From: Trueperaceae bacterium
Lineage (GTDB): Bacteria; Deinococcota; Deinococci; Deinococcales; Trueperaceae
NCBI GenBank assembly: GCA_965214405.1
Contig: OZ243956.1
Span: 96,001 to 160,000 of the forward strand
Length of the DNA stretch: 64,000 nt
Direction of reading: 5' to 3'
The notes beneath the pieces were generated by a model, which saw nothing but the letters and a program-made list of their open reading frames with translations, did no database searches and was not told where the DNA came from. The translations under genes were made by a program, and so were the position numbers. Shown here piece after piece: positions 1-10,137 of this stretch (its first letter is position 1; each line of letters opens with the position of its first letter).

Positions 1-323
1 AACAGAACAGCTTTGCGGCCCACAACCCGCCGGGTTTTTTTGCCGTGAGCGTGCGCGCTAATGCCGCGCCGCGCAACCTCGCCAACGCCTTTGAGAAGCC
101 GGTGCACCCGGACCGGGAGCGGTCCCTTACCGAGGCCTCGGTAGCGCGTTTAGACGAGCAGTGGGCTGCTTTTGACAAGGCGCTCGGCACGAGCGACGCA
201 AACGAGATTGCGGTGCTCAAGCTTACGGGAAACGTGGCGCACTTGGCGACGAACGTACGTGAGAGCCTAAAGGACGTCGTCACCTCGAGCGTCGCGGCAG
301 CCCAACGTGCTGTGGGTGCGTAA
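1..323 (+). CDS. cas7e: Type I-E Cascade backbone Cas7 (Cse4/CasC), 3' part; gene starts before the window
   Basis: Frame 3 is open from the window start: [10 protein letters not shown]...[11 protein letters not shown], typical Cas7e C-terminal motifs; stop overlaps cas5e start (TAATG). Confidence 0.9.
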   Translation, partial: QNSFAAHNPPGFFAVSVRANAAPRNLANAFEKPVHPDRERSLTEASVARLDEQWAAFDKALGTSDANEIAVLKLTGNVAHLATNVRESLKDVVTSSVAAAQRAVGA

Positions 324-988
324 TGCCGACGCTTTTATTACGTCTCGCCGGACCCATGCAAGCCTGGGGCACGAGCAGCCGGTTCGAGCAGCGGGACACG
401 CACCTAGAGCCCAGTAAAAGCGGGGTGGTAGGGCTCTTGGCCGCCGCTTTGGGGCGCGACCGCAGCGAGGACGTGAGCGACTTGGCGGCCCTCAAAATGG
501 GTGTGCGGGTGGACAAAGAAGGCGTCTTAAAACGCGATTACCACACCGCGCAAGAGATTGTTCAGGCGGACGGTAAGCTGAACAGCAACCGGAACATGCG
601 CAACTCGGTGAGCGAGCGCTTTTATTTGGCGGACGCGGTTTTTTTGGTCGGGCTCGAGCATCCTGATAAAGCCTTTCTGACCGCTACCCACCAAGCCCTC
701 AAAACCCCCCGCTGGCCGCTCTTCTTGGGTCGTAAGTCTTTCGTGCCCAGCCCCGGCGTCTATCTGCCTGGTGGACTGAGGGACGAACACCTCGAGACGG
801 CACTCACGACCTTTCCACCCCTTCATCCCGCAGCGTCGGAGCGCGCGACCCTACGCTTCGCCACTGAGGACTCGCAGGGCGCGCAACTCCGCGCCGACCA
901 GCCGCTCGGCTCGTTTTCAGCGCGCAGTTTTGGACAGCGCCGCGTGCGCGTTGAAAGCCGCTCCAACCCCTTCAAGGACGCCACATGA
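323..988 (+). CDS. cas5e: Type I-E Cascade subunit Cas5/CasD
   Basis: LLLRLAGPMQAWG...PSKSGVVGLLAAALG and LFLGRKSFVP motifs. Confidence 0.95.
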   Translation: MPTLLLRLAGPMQAWGTSSRFEQRDTHLEPSKSGVVGLLAAALGRDRSEDVSDLAALKMGVRVDKEGVLKRDYHTAQEIVQADGKLNSNRNMRNSVSERFYLADAVFLVGLEHPDKAFLTATHQALKTPRWPLFLGRKSFVPSPGVYLPGGLRDEHLETALTTFPPLHPAASERATLRFATEDSQGAQLRADQPLGSFSARSFGQRRVRVESRSNPFKDAT

Positions 989-1593
989 GCCTCCACCTCT
1001 CCAAACTCACGCCGAACCTGCGCAGCGCCAAAGCCCGCCGCGACCTGCAAAACCCTTACGACCTGCACCGCACCCTGAGCCGGGGCGTGGCGCGGGAGGA
1101 TGAGCGGCTGTTGTGGCGGGTTGACGGAACGAACCAGCCCAGCATTTTGGTACAAACCCTTCACCAACCCGACTGGTCTTACCTCGTCGAGGATGTGCCC
1201 CCCGGTTACCTGAAGGAATCTCCGGCGTCCAAATCCGTAGACCTCGCTTTTGTAAAAGGTCAGACCCTGACGTTTCGCTTGAGGGCAAATCCTACGGTAA
1301 AACGGACGCTCTCGGGCAAGAAAAAGCGTCTGGCTCTTTACGAGGTGGAGGAGCAGCTTGGCTGGCTCCGGCGTAAGGCGGCGGGGGGCGGCTTTAACGT
1401 CTTGTCCGCCACCTCACTGGGTCAGGAAACGCTCGAGGCTAAGAGAAACGCTCAAACCGTGACGCTTCACGCCGTCACCTTTGAAGGGCGGTTGATTGTG
1501 GTGGACCCGCCAACGTTTTTGGCAACGCTCAAAACGGGCCTCGGCTCCGCCAAGGGCCTCGGCATGGGCTTACTTTCCATTGCGAGGGCCTGA
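985..1593 (+). CDS. cas6e: Type I-E crRNA endoribonuclease Cas6e/CasE
   Basis: YDLHRTL, FRLRANP and C-terminal GLGSAKGLGMGLLSI glycine loop. Confidence 0.95.
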   Translation: MSLHLSKLTPNLRSAKARRDLQNPYDLHRTLSRGVAREDERLLWRVDGTNQPSILVQTLHQPDWSYLVEDVPPGYLKESPASKSVDLAFVKGQTLTFRLRANPTVKRTLSGKKKRLALYEVEEQLGWLRRKAAGGGFNVLSATSLGQETLEAKRNAQTVTLHAVTFEGRLIVVDPPTFLATLKTGLGSAKGLGMGLLSIARA

Positions 1594-1594
1594 C

Positions 1595-2578
1595 ATGGCA
1601 AGTCTACGCAACCTCCGCGAACTCCCCAAATTCCGCGACGGCCTTTCCTACCTCTACATCGAGCGCGGGCGCGTCGAACAGGACGCCAAGGCCATCGCCT
1701 GGTACGGCGAAGAAGGCAAGGTGAGCGTGCCCGCCGCCGCTTTGGGCGTGCTCATGCTCGGCCCCGGCACAAGCATCACCCACGAGGCGGTCAAGGCTCT
1801 GGCCGACAACGGCTGCTTAATCAACTGGGTGGGCGAGGCGGGCGTGCGCTTTTACGCGGGCGGCGCGGGCGAAACGAGGAGCAGCGCCAACCTCATGCGC
1901 CAAGCGGCGTGGTGGGCGGACCCCGGTAAACACCTTCAGGTGGTGCGGCGCATGTACACCATGCGCTTCGATGAGCGCTTGTCGCCCACGCTGACCCTCG
2001 AGCAAATCCGCGGCAAAGAGGGCGTGCGGGTGCGCACCGTCTACGCCCAGGCAAGCCGGGAGTGGGGTGTGCCCTGGCGCGGGCGCTCCTACCGCCGCGG
2101 GCGCTGGGGCGACGCCGACCCCGTCAACCGCGCGCTCTCCGCCGGGGCGGCTTGCCTTTACGGCGTCTGCCACACCGCCATCCTCTCGGCGGGCTACTCC
2201 CCCGCGCTCGGCTTCGTCCACACCGGCAAGCAGCTCTCGTTCGTTTACGATATTGCCGACCTCTACAAAACCGAGGTGCTCGTCCCCGCCGCCTTTAGGC
2301 TCGTGGCCGAATCCGAAGAAGGAATTGACAGCCGCGTCAGACATCATCTTAGAGACACAATGCGAGAGTCGAGGCTGCTCGAGCGCGTGGTCGACGACCT
2401 CCACAGCCTCTTCAGCAACGACGCCGGGAAGGGCGAACGCTTCGCCGCGGACGGCGCGGCGCCCGGTGAACTGTGGGACCCGGAGGGCAACGTGGCCGGG
2501 GGGGTGAGTTATGGTCGTGATGACGCTGGAGAAGGTGCCGACGAGTCTGCGTGGGGAGCTGAGCCGCTGGATGATTGA
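1595..2578 (+). CDS. cas1e: Type I-E adaptation integrase Cas1
   Basis: ATG at 1595 just after the cas6e stop; LMLGPGTSITHEAV, RGKEGVRVR, GFVHTGKQLSFVYDIADLYK motifs. Confidence 0.95.
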   Translation: MASLRNLRELPKFRDGLSYLYIERGRVEQDAKAIAWYGEEGKVSVPAAALGVLMLGPGTSITHEAVKALADNGCLINWVGEAGVRFYAGGAGETRSSANLMRQAAWWADPGKHLQVVRRMYTMRFDERLSPTLTLEQIRGKEGVRVRTVYAQASREWGVPWRGRSYRRGRWGDADPVNRALSAGAACLYGVCHTAILSAGYSPALGFVHTGKQLSFVYDIADLYKTEVLVPAAFRLVAESEEGIDSRVRHHLRDTMRESRLLERVVDDLHSLFSNDAGKGERFAADGAAPGELWDPEGNVAGGVSYGRDDAGEGADESAWGAEPLDD

Positions 2579-2864
2579 GGTTTCTACGGGCGTGTTCGTC
2601 GGCAAACTGAGCGCCCTGGTGCGCGACCTGCTGTGGGAAAAGGTGAGCGAGAACAAACGCGCGGGGCGCTGCTGTCAGGTCTACCGCACCAACAATGAAC
2701 AGGGCTTCGCTATTCGGATGGTGGGCGATTCGGAAAGGAGCGTGATCGACTTAGACGGTGTACAATTGGTCGCGGTGAAAAACGCGACCTGGGAACGGAT
2801 GTTTGTCGAGTCTGCGGAGGACCATGACAACCCAACAGGAGACATAGAGGCCCCTGAAGCTTAG
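2511..2864 (+). CDS. cas2e: Type I-E Cas2 with acidic C-terminal extension
   Basis: MVVMTLEKVPTSLRGELSRWMIEVSTGVFVG...NNEQGF...DLDGVQLV; overlaps the cas1 end by 68 nt. Confidence 0.93.
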   Translation: MVVMTLEKVPTSLRGELSRWMIEVSTGVFVGKLSALVRDLLWEKVSENKRAGRCCQVYRTNNEQGFAIRMVGDSERSVIDLDGVQLVAVKNATWERMFVESAEDHDNPTGDIEAPEA

Positions 2865-2884
2865 TTTTTGCGTCTGGGTCTAGT

Positions 2885-5800
2885 CTATTCCCCACGCAGG
2901 TGGGGATGAACCGGGCAGGTTCTGGGTAGCCTCCACCCAGCCCGCCTATTCCCCACGCAGGTGGGGATGAACCGGAGAAGCGCCCCCTTCCACCCGCCTC
3001 TTGAGCCTATTCCCCACGCAGGTGGGGATGAACCGTGCGTGCGCAGCGCCTCGATCTGGGGACGCTCCTATTCCCCACGCAGGTGGGGATGAACCGCGAC
3101 CCCGGCGAGCGCTCGAGCGCGCACATCACTATTCCCCACGCAGGTGGGGATGAACCGACGCCCGGATTTTCTCCCCTCTCCAGCGAGCCCTATTCCCCAC
3201 GCAGGTGGGGATGAACCGGAGCCTCTACACACGTGCATCGCCCGCTGCACTATTCCCCACGCAGGTGGGGATGAACCAGCGCCCGTCTTCACTTTTTTGC
3301 TTGAGGTCCCCTATTCCCCACGCAGGTGGGGATGAACCGGCGGTGCTTTTCGAGGGCTCGGACGTGGAGTGCTATTCCCCACGCAGGTGGGGATGAACCG
3401 TCCACGTCGCAGGCGCTGAGGGGCTGGCCGTCCTATTCCCCACGCAGGTGGGGATGAACCGGTGCCGGGGGAGACCTTGACGCGCTTGTCTCCCTATTCC
3501 CCACGCAGGTGGGGATGAACCGGGAGCGCTGGCACATCCCGCAAGCGGGCGTGGCTATTCCCCACGCAGGTGGGGATGAACCGCCATCAGCAAGTTCGGC
3601 GCGGGGGTGGGGGACCTATTCCCCACGCAGGTGGGGATGAACCGGTGTCGCGCTGCAAGCGGTAGCGTACGGTCACTATTCCCCACGCAGGTGGGGATGA
3701 ACCGTCATAAACAAACAAGTCATAGTTGACGATCAACTATTCCCCACGCAGGTGGGGATGAACCGTTCCTGCCCGACGAGTGGTTCCCTTACGCGGACTA
3801 TTCCCCACGCAGGTGGGGATGAACCGCCTCGAGCAGCCCCAACCACCAGAACTCCCCCTATTCCCCACGCAGGTGGGGATGAACCGCCGGGCGAGGCGGT
3901 CACGCTTAAATCAGGAGACTATTCCCCACGCAGGTGGGGATGAACCGGTAAACGCACCCAAATTGATGCCGACGACGCCCTATTCCCCACGCAGGTGGGG
4001 ATGAACCGTCGGCCTTGAAAAAGTCGATGACGCCCCCGCCTATTCCCCACGCAGGTGGGGATGAACCCACCTCGGCCAGTGCGTTTTGACTAGCTGAGGC
4101 CTATTCCCCACGCAGGTGGGGATGAACCGCCAACCGCTTCACCATCCACGTGATGGCCGCGCTATTCCCCACGCAGGTGGGGATGAACCGCCGTCCGCGT
4201 AGTCCCAGCTCTCCACCACCCCCTATTCCCCACGCAGGTGGGGATGAACCGGGCACCCGCTTTTCCTCCCCCGCGAAGACCGCCTATTCCCCACGCAGGT
4301 GGGGATGAACCGGGGTCGCCCGAACTGGACGACCCCTCCGCGATCTATTCCCCACGCAGGTGGGGATGAACCGGGGCAACCATGAAAAAGCGCGTCATCG
4401 GCGCGCTATTCCCCACGCAGGTGGGGATGAACCGGGTTTGGCTGAACTTTCTGGGGTGCGTGAGGACTATTCCCCACGCAGGTGGGGATGAACCGCAAGC
4501 CATCCTTATGCGGAATGTGAACAACCCCTATTCCCCACGCAGGTGGGGATGAACCGTCCACACTCACATGTACATCCCCCTGCCAACCCTATTCCCCACG
4601 CAGGTGGGGATGAACCGTGAGGGCGCGGCTTTCCAGCACGCCCGCCATACTATTCCCCACGCAGGTGGGGATGAACCGCCGCCACTTCCGCCTCTTGCCT
4701 CTTGAGGGCTCTATTCCCCACGCAGGTGGGGATGAACCGCGTCACGCCGCCCTCTCTCGTCACCAAGGTCACTATTCCCCACGCAGGTGGGGATGAACCG
4801 AACTTTGTCTCGCAAAGAACACAGTGATAACCTATTCCCCACGCAGGTGGGGATGAACCGCATGGACAACATTGACACGCAAGTACAGACTTCTATTCCC
4901 CACGCAGGTGGGGATGAACCGGCCATGCTAGACAAGGGTGCAACCGAGATACCTATTCCCCACGCAGGTGGGGATGAACCGAGCCGCCGCCGCCCGCGAA
5001 AGTGCTAATGACCCTATTCCCCACGCAGGTGGGGATGAACCGTCTCTTTAAGGCCTAGCGCGAAGAGGTCCGGCCTATTCCCCACGCAGGTGGGGATGAA
5101 CCGTAACCGTCGCTTGCTTGATAGTACGGGATACCCTATTCCCCACGCAGGTGGGGATGAACCGGTCACGGCGCTTTCGTATGAGTCTATTAACGCCTAT
5201 TCCCCACGCAGGTGGGGATGAACCGGTACTCCTCGACGCCCTAGCCCACGCTGGGGCCTATTCCCCACGCAGGTGGGGATGAACCGGCCCCTCCATCGCC
5301 GCCGCTAAGCGGTTCCCACTATTCCCCACGCAGGTGGGGATGAACCGTATCAGGCGCTCACTGGGTCCATAGAAGAACCTATTCCCCACGCAGGTGGGGA
5401 TGAACCGCTGTCGCACTGACATAAACTTTAGTAGTAGCCTATTCCCCACGCAGGTGGGGATGAACCGTTCAAACAGACTCTCGGTGTTTCTCTGTGACGC
5501 TATTCCCCACGCAGGTGGGGATGAACCGTTTTCGGGCGGGGTAGACAATGGCCATCCCGACTATTCCCCACGCAGGTGGGGATGAACCGGAGCGTTAAAT
5601 ACGACGAAACGGGAGAACCCCCTATTCCCCACGCAGGTGGGGATGAACCGCGATAAGTGAAGTGATAAGTGACCCAAAAAGACTATTCCCCACGCAGGTG
5701 GGGATGAACCGATACTACGCCCGGAAATTGAACGTGACGACCTCTATTCCCCACGCAGGTGGGGATGAACCGTAGAGGCCCTGAAGATTTCCTGTCAGCT

Positions 5801-7908
5801 TGTTCTATTCCCCACGCAGGTGGGGATGAACCGGAGGGCTCTTCGATGAGTGACGCGACGACTGACTATTCCCCACGCAGGTGGGGATGAACCGTGCTAA
5901 CAGTAGGGTGTCGTTCTGAGTCGGAACTATTCCCCACGCAGGTGGGGATGAACCAGGGTGCCGCCCGCGTCCGGCTCGCCGTCCCGCCTATTCCCCACGC
6001 AGGTGGGGATGAACCGCTCCTGGTAGTGCTCCTGGCTCTGCTGGGAGCCTATTCCCCACGCAGGTGGGGATGAACCGACGAGCCCTTGAAAGTTGATCAG
6101 GTTGTCCTCCTATTCCCCACGCAGGTGGGGATGAACCGGATGACGTACCACTCATCCACTTCACGCTTCCTATTCCCCACGCAGGTGGGGATGAACCGGT
6201 TACGAATGAGGCCGAGGTAGCCAGCGTGCTCTATTCCCCACGCAGGTGGGGATGAACCGCCCATGAACCGGGCGACGAGCTGCACGACTGGCTATTCCCC
6301 ACGCAGGTGGGGATGAACCGAACCGAGAAAAGAGCGGAGCCGCGCCTCAACCCTATTCCCCACGCAGGTGGGGATGAACCGGTGGACATTGTCGCCGCTG
6401 AACGGCGTCTGGTCTATTCCCCACGCAGGTGGGGATGAACCTAGCCCTGAGCGGCTTGCACTGCGCCGATGAGCTATTCCCCACGCAGGTGGGGATGAAC
6501 CGGCGCAGGAGATGCTGGCGAAACTTCCGCTCACTATTCCCCACGCAGGTGGGGATGAACCCATTACCAAAAAGCGCGCGTTGCCACCCAACCACTATTC
6601 CCCACGCAGGTGGGGATGAACCGCAGATGGGCGTCTCCGAAGAGCAGTTCGCCAACTATTCCCCACGCAGGTGGGGATGAACCGCCTGACAACACTTACC
6701 CACTGAGTCGGGTTCCTATTCCCCACGCAGGTGGGGATGAACCGTCCCTTAACGTTCAATCAGCAGCTTCACCCGCTATTCCCCACGCAGGTGGGGATGA
6801 ACCGCTTAGGCGTACGCACAATAGTGGCTATCTCTGCTATTCCCCACGCAGGTGGGGATGAACCGATTCTGGGTTCCGAGCTCGAAGACTGGCCTGCCTA
6901 TTCCCCACGCAGGTGGGGATGAACCGCATAAGACGGTGCTTGACGCTGTGAACATCACTATTCCCCACGCAGGTGGGGATGAACCGAGTAAAGCGGCGGC
7001 GTAGCGGGGGCGGTAGGCCTATTCCCCACGCAGGTGGGGATGAACCGCATGACAGGAGGGTGGGAAGACATCGCCCTGCCTATTCCCCACGCAGGTGGGG
7101 ATGAACCGCCTCCAAGGCAACTATGAAGCCATTGACCCCCTATTCCCCACGCAGGTGGGGATGAACCGCACCAATCCACAGGTGTGTTTAGCAAAAAACC
7201 TATTCCCCACGCAGGTGGGGATGAACCGATGGTGGGCGAGGAGTGGTCTCTGTAGATGCTCTATTCCCCACGCAGGTGGGGATGAACCGAGGTCGGCGCT
7301 GTAGGCCCTCGCGTACAGGTCCTATTCCCCACGCAGGTGGGGATGAACCGGTGGCCGCCGAGAGCCCGTCCGCCTCGAGCGCCTATTCCCCACGCAGGTG
7401 GGGATGAACCGCTGAAGTCGATCCCGAGAACTCCGGCAAGCTCCTATTCCCCACGCAGGTGGGGATGAACCGTTCGCCACCGACCAGGCGGGCGGCTCTA
7501 TGGCCTATTCCCCACGCAGGTGGGGATGAACCGTTCACCGTATGAGCCGCTACGATGCTTCCCGCCTATTCCCCACGCAGGTGGGGATGAACCGCGGGAC
7601 TCGGTGAAGATCGCTTCGTGATTCGCTATTCCCCACGCAGGTGGGGATGAACCGTGTGGGTTTTCGCTTTCTAAGAGTGGGTTTCCTATTCCCCACGCAG
7701 GTGGGGATGAACCGGATACCCTCGTCAAAGCGCCCCAGCTCATCCCCCACGCTCGACCTATTCCCCACGCAGGTGGGGATGAACCGGACGCTGTGGGGCT
7801 GTGGGGGATGTGCGAATCCTATTCCCCACGCAGGTGGGGATGAACCGCGTCACCTCGTCGTCGGTCGAAAAGATGAGCGCTATTCCCCACGCAGGTGGGG
7901 ATGAACCG
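2885..7908 (+). CRISPR. Type I-E CRISPR array: 83 repeats of 29 bp (CTATTCCCCACGCAGGTGGGGATGAACCG), 82 spacers
   Basis: Manual count: 63 spacers of 32 nt, 18 of 31 nt, one of 43 nt (sums exactly to the span). Hairpin TCCCCAC/GTGGGGA and 8-nt handle ATGAACCG set the + orientation. Confidence 0.99.
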
Positions 7909-8111
7909 GCTCGAGCCATTTCGTGGATATCGGCTAAGTTTTGGTTTCTTTCGGGGGTCGTGATAGCTTTTATGTGAAACCTCTTAAACGGGTTTTCTAA
8001 AGGGCGTCAATTCCTAGGCCATTGGCCTTTTAGTATCTTTATGTTATTATGTGTGATAATTATAGGTCAGGAGGTGATGACATAAATAATAAGATGTGAT
8101 AACATTGTGCT

Positions 8112-8516
8112 ATGACTACTACGCATCTCACCTGGAAGTTTCCGCAGCTCCTCGAGAGGGAGCGCATCACGGTGGCCGCACTCCTGCGGGAGTTAGAAGG
8201 CCAGGTAGGCCGCGCCACGCTCTACCGCTGGAGCACCGAAGAACCCCGCTACATCGACCGTGAGGTGCTCGAGAAAGTTTTGGGCGCGCTCTCGCACATG
8301 ACGGGTAAGTCTTTGAGCGTAAGCGACCTTTTAGAAGTCGAGCCGTCACCCAGGGGCCTCAGCGCCTCGGGCCTGCCTTATACCGGCGACCCCGACACCG
8401 ACGAGGTCTTAGACGACGTTGAGCTTGTGAAACGCATTCGCAGCTTAGAGCGCGGTGAGGCCGCGCTCGTTCCCTGGGAAGAGGTTAAGAGGGAGCAACG
8501 GTCCAGGCGCGGGTGA
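8112..8516 (+). CDS. XRE/Cro-type HTH protein, probable antitoxin
   Basis: N-terminal HTH (ITVAALLRELEGQVGRATLYRW), C-terminal acidic tail ending VPWEEVKREQ as in addiction-module antitoxins; upstream of RelE. Confidence 0.7.
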   Translation: MTTTHLTWKFPQLLERERITVAALLRELEGQVGRATLYRWSTEEPRYIDREVLEKVLGALSHMTGKSLSVSDLLEVEPSPRGLSASGLPYTGDPDTDEVLDDVELVKRIRSLERGEAALVPWEEVKREQRSRRG

Positions 8517-8567
8517 GGATGTAAGGGCCAAAGGGCCTGACCCCAGGGTCAATCTACACTCTTGGTC

Positions 8568-8867
8568 ATGACCCATAAGATTTCACTTACCGACGAGGCT
8601 CGAGCCGACCTAGACGGCATCAAAGACAACCACACCTACAGCGCCACCGAGCGCAAAATAGACGAGCTGGCAACCGAGCCGGGGCAACGCGGGGAGCCCC
8701 TGCGCGGCGACCTCAAGGACTACCGGAAGCTCAAGGCTGCTAAGCGTTGTCGCGTCATCTATAGAGTCACCGTAGAAGAAGGGCGGGTAACGGTTGTGGT
8801 GATGGGTATTCGCAAAGAGGGTGACAAAAGAGACGCCTGTGAGATCGCCAGAAAGAGGTTGACGTGA
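8568..8867 (+). CDS. RelE/ParE family toxin
   Basis: ISLTDEARADL...GEPLRGDLKDYRKLK...RVIYRV...VVVMGIRK pattern. Confidence 0.85.
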   Translation: MTHKISLTDEARADLDGIKDNHTYSATERKIDELATEPGQRGEPLRGDLKDYRKLKAAKRCRVIYRVTVEEGRVTVVVMGIRKEGDKRDACEIARKRLT

Positions 8868-8964
8868 AGCGAACCTTTGCAATGAAGCTCGAGACCCTTG
8901 TTCACGACCTCTCTCTCTTCGCTAGTGGGTAAAACGCGTGCTACACTCGCTACGGAGGAACACG

Positions 8965-9189
8965 ATGAGGCTCACCGGCAGGCTCGCTGTAGCGATGTGG
9001 TTCACGGGGTGGTTGACAGTTCCGCTCGCCTTTGCCCAGATAGATCCGCAAGCACAAGTTGTTTTGGACCGCTACGAGCAGCGCGTCGAGGAAGCGCTGG
9101 CCGCACGCGGTGAATCCTTGGCGACCCCCATCGACACCCTCAAAACGGTCACGGTTATGCACCTTGACAGCATGAAACACCTTTTGTGA
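8965..9189 (+). pseudogene. Probable truncated secreted protein (signal peptide plus about 50 aa)
   Basis: GGAGG RBS, signal peptide MRLTGRLAVAMWFTGWLTVPLAFA-Q, early stop beside a 10-bp duplication of the next gene's start. Confidence 0.45.
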
Positions 9190-9199
9190 AGCACGAACC

Positions 9200-10129
9200 A
9201 TGAAACACGTCGTCAGCGTGTCAACCGGAGCCTCGAGCCGCGACACGGATCAAACGATAGACCTCTTGGGCGAACGCGTCCACATCGAGCGGCGCGGGAC
9301 TGATGGGGACCTAAAAAGAGCCGCCGAAATTATCCGCGCGCTCGACGGCAAGGTGGGCGCGTTTGGGCTCGGGGGCATGGACCTTTACGTTTATGCGGGC
9401 GGCAAGCGCTATCCTATCCGCGACGCGCAGCGTTTGGCAAAGCACGCAAAAGTAACGCCCATCGTTTGTGGGGCGGGGCTCAAGAACACGCTCGAGCGCA
9501 TCGTCGTCGAAAACCTTGACGAAAGAATCCGCTGGCGCGGCAAGCGGGTGCTGATGGTCTCGGCGGTGGACCGCTTCGGCATGGCTGAGGCTCTGGACGC
9601 CGCGGGCGCGGACGCGCTTTATGGCGACGCGATTTTCGCGCTTGGGTTGCCCTGGCCTATCCGCAACTTAGGCGCGTTGCGCCGCGCCGCGCGTCTTTTA
9701 CTGCCGGGGGTGCTGGCGCTGCCCATCGGCTGGATTTATCCGCAGGGGGAGCAGCAGGAGCGTTCAGCCTCACAGAGCCACAGCCGCTACTTTAGGTGGG
9801 CCGAGGTCGTCGCGGGCGACTGGCACTACATCAGGCGCTACGCGGCTAGTCTGACGGGCAAAACGGTGCTGACCAATACCACCACGCCTGACAATGTCGA
9901 GTGGGCGAGGGCACGGGGGGCAACTAGACTTATCACCACCACCCCGCGTTTCGGAGGCCGCAGCTTGCCGACGAATCTGCTCGAGGCCGCCTTTGTGGCT
10001 CTCGCAGGTTATCCGCTCACCCCGGACGATTACCGAACGCTTATAGCAAGGGCGGGGCTGGGGCCGAATGTGGTAGACCTCGCCTCATCCGCACCTGACT
10101 CGCTTGAGCTCGCCCAAACCCCCGTCTAA
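9200..10129 (+). CDS. Conserved protein of the family often labelled 'quinate 5-dehydrogenase' in Deinococcota/Firmicutes; function uncertain
   Basis: MKHVVSVSTG..SRD, GTDGD, DRFGMAEAL, TTTPRFGGRS.PTN motifs. Confidence 0.65.
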   Translation: MKHVVSVSTGASSRDTDQTIDLLGERVHIERRGTDGDLKRAAEIIRALDGKVGAFGLGGMDLYVYAGGKRYPIRDAQRLAKHAKVTPIVCGAGLKNTLERIVVENLDERIRWRGKRVLMVSAVDRFGMAEALDAAGADALYGDAIFALGLPWPIRNLGALRRAARLLLPGVLALPIGWIYPQGEQQERSASQSHSRYFRWAEVVAGDWHYIRRYAASLTGKTVLTNTTTPDNVEWARARGATRLITTTPRFGGRSLPTNLLEAAFVALAGYPLTPDDYRTLIARAGLGPNVVDLASSAPDSLELAQTPV

Positions 10130-10137
10130 ACCTCAGT

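Noticed and set aside
1496..1594. Longer cas1 start given by the ORF track
   Set aside because: Overlaps cas6e; Cas1-like sequence begins at ATG 1595
2914..7879. Self-targeting or duplicated spacers
   Set aside because: None seen by eye (spacers 2 and 30 share only GCCTCTTGAG); an exhaustive alignment was not possible
3068..7904. Many short ORFs in the ORF track across the array
   Set aside because: Translations of CRISPR repeats and spacers (recurring IPHAGGDEP / FIPTCVGN)
7909..8110. AT-rich region as CRISPR leader (array on minus strand)
   Set aside because: The I-E handle ATGAACCG and variable last base fix + orientation; the region is better explained as the TA promoter
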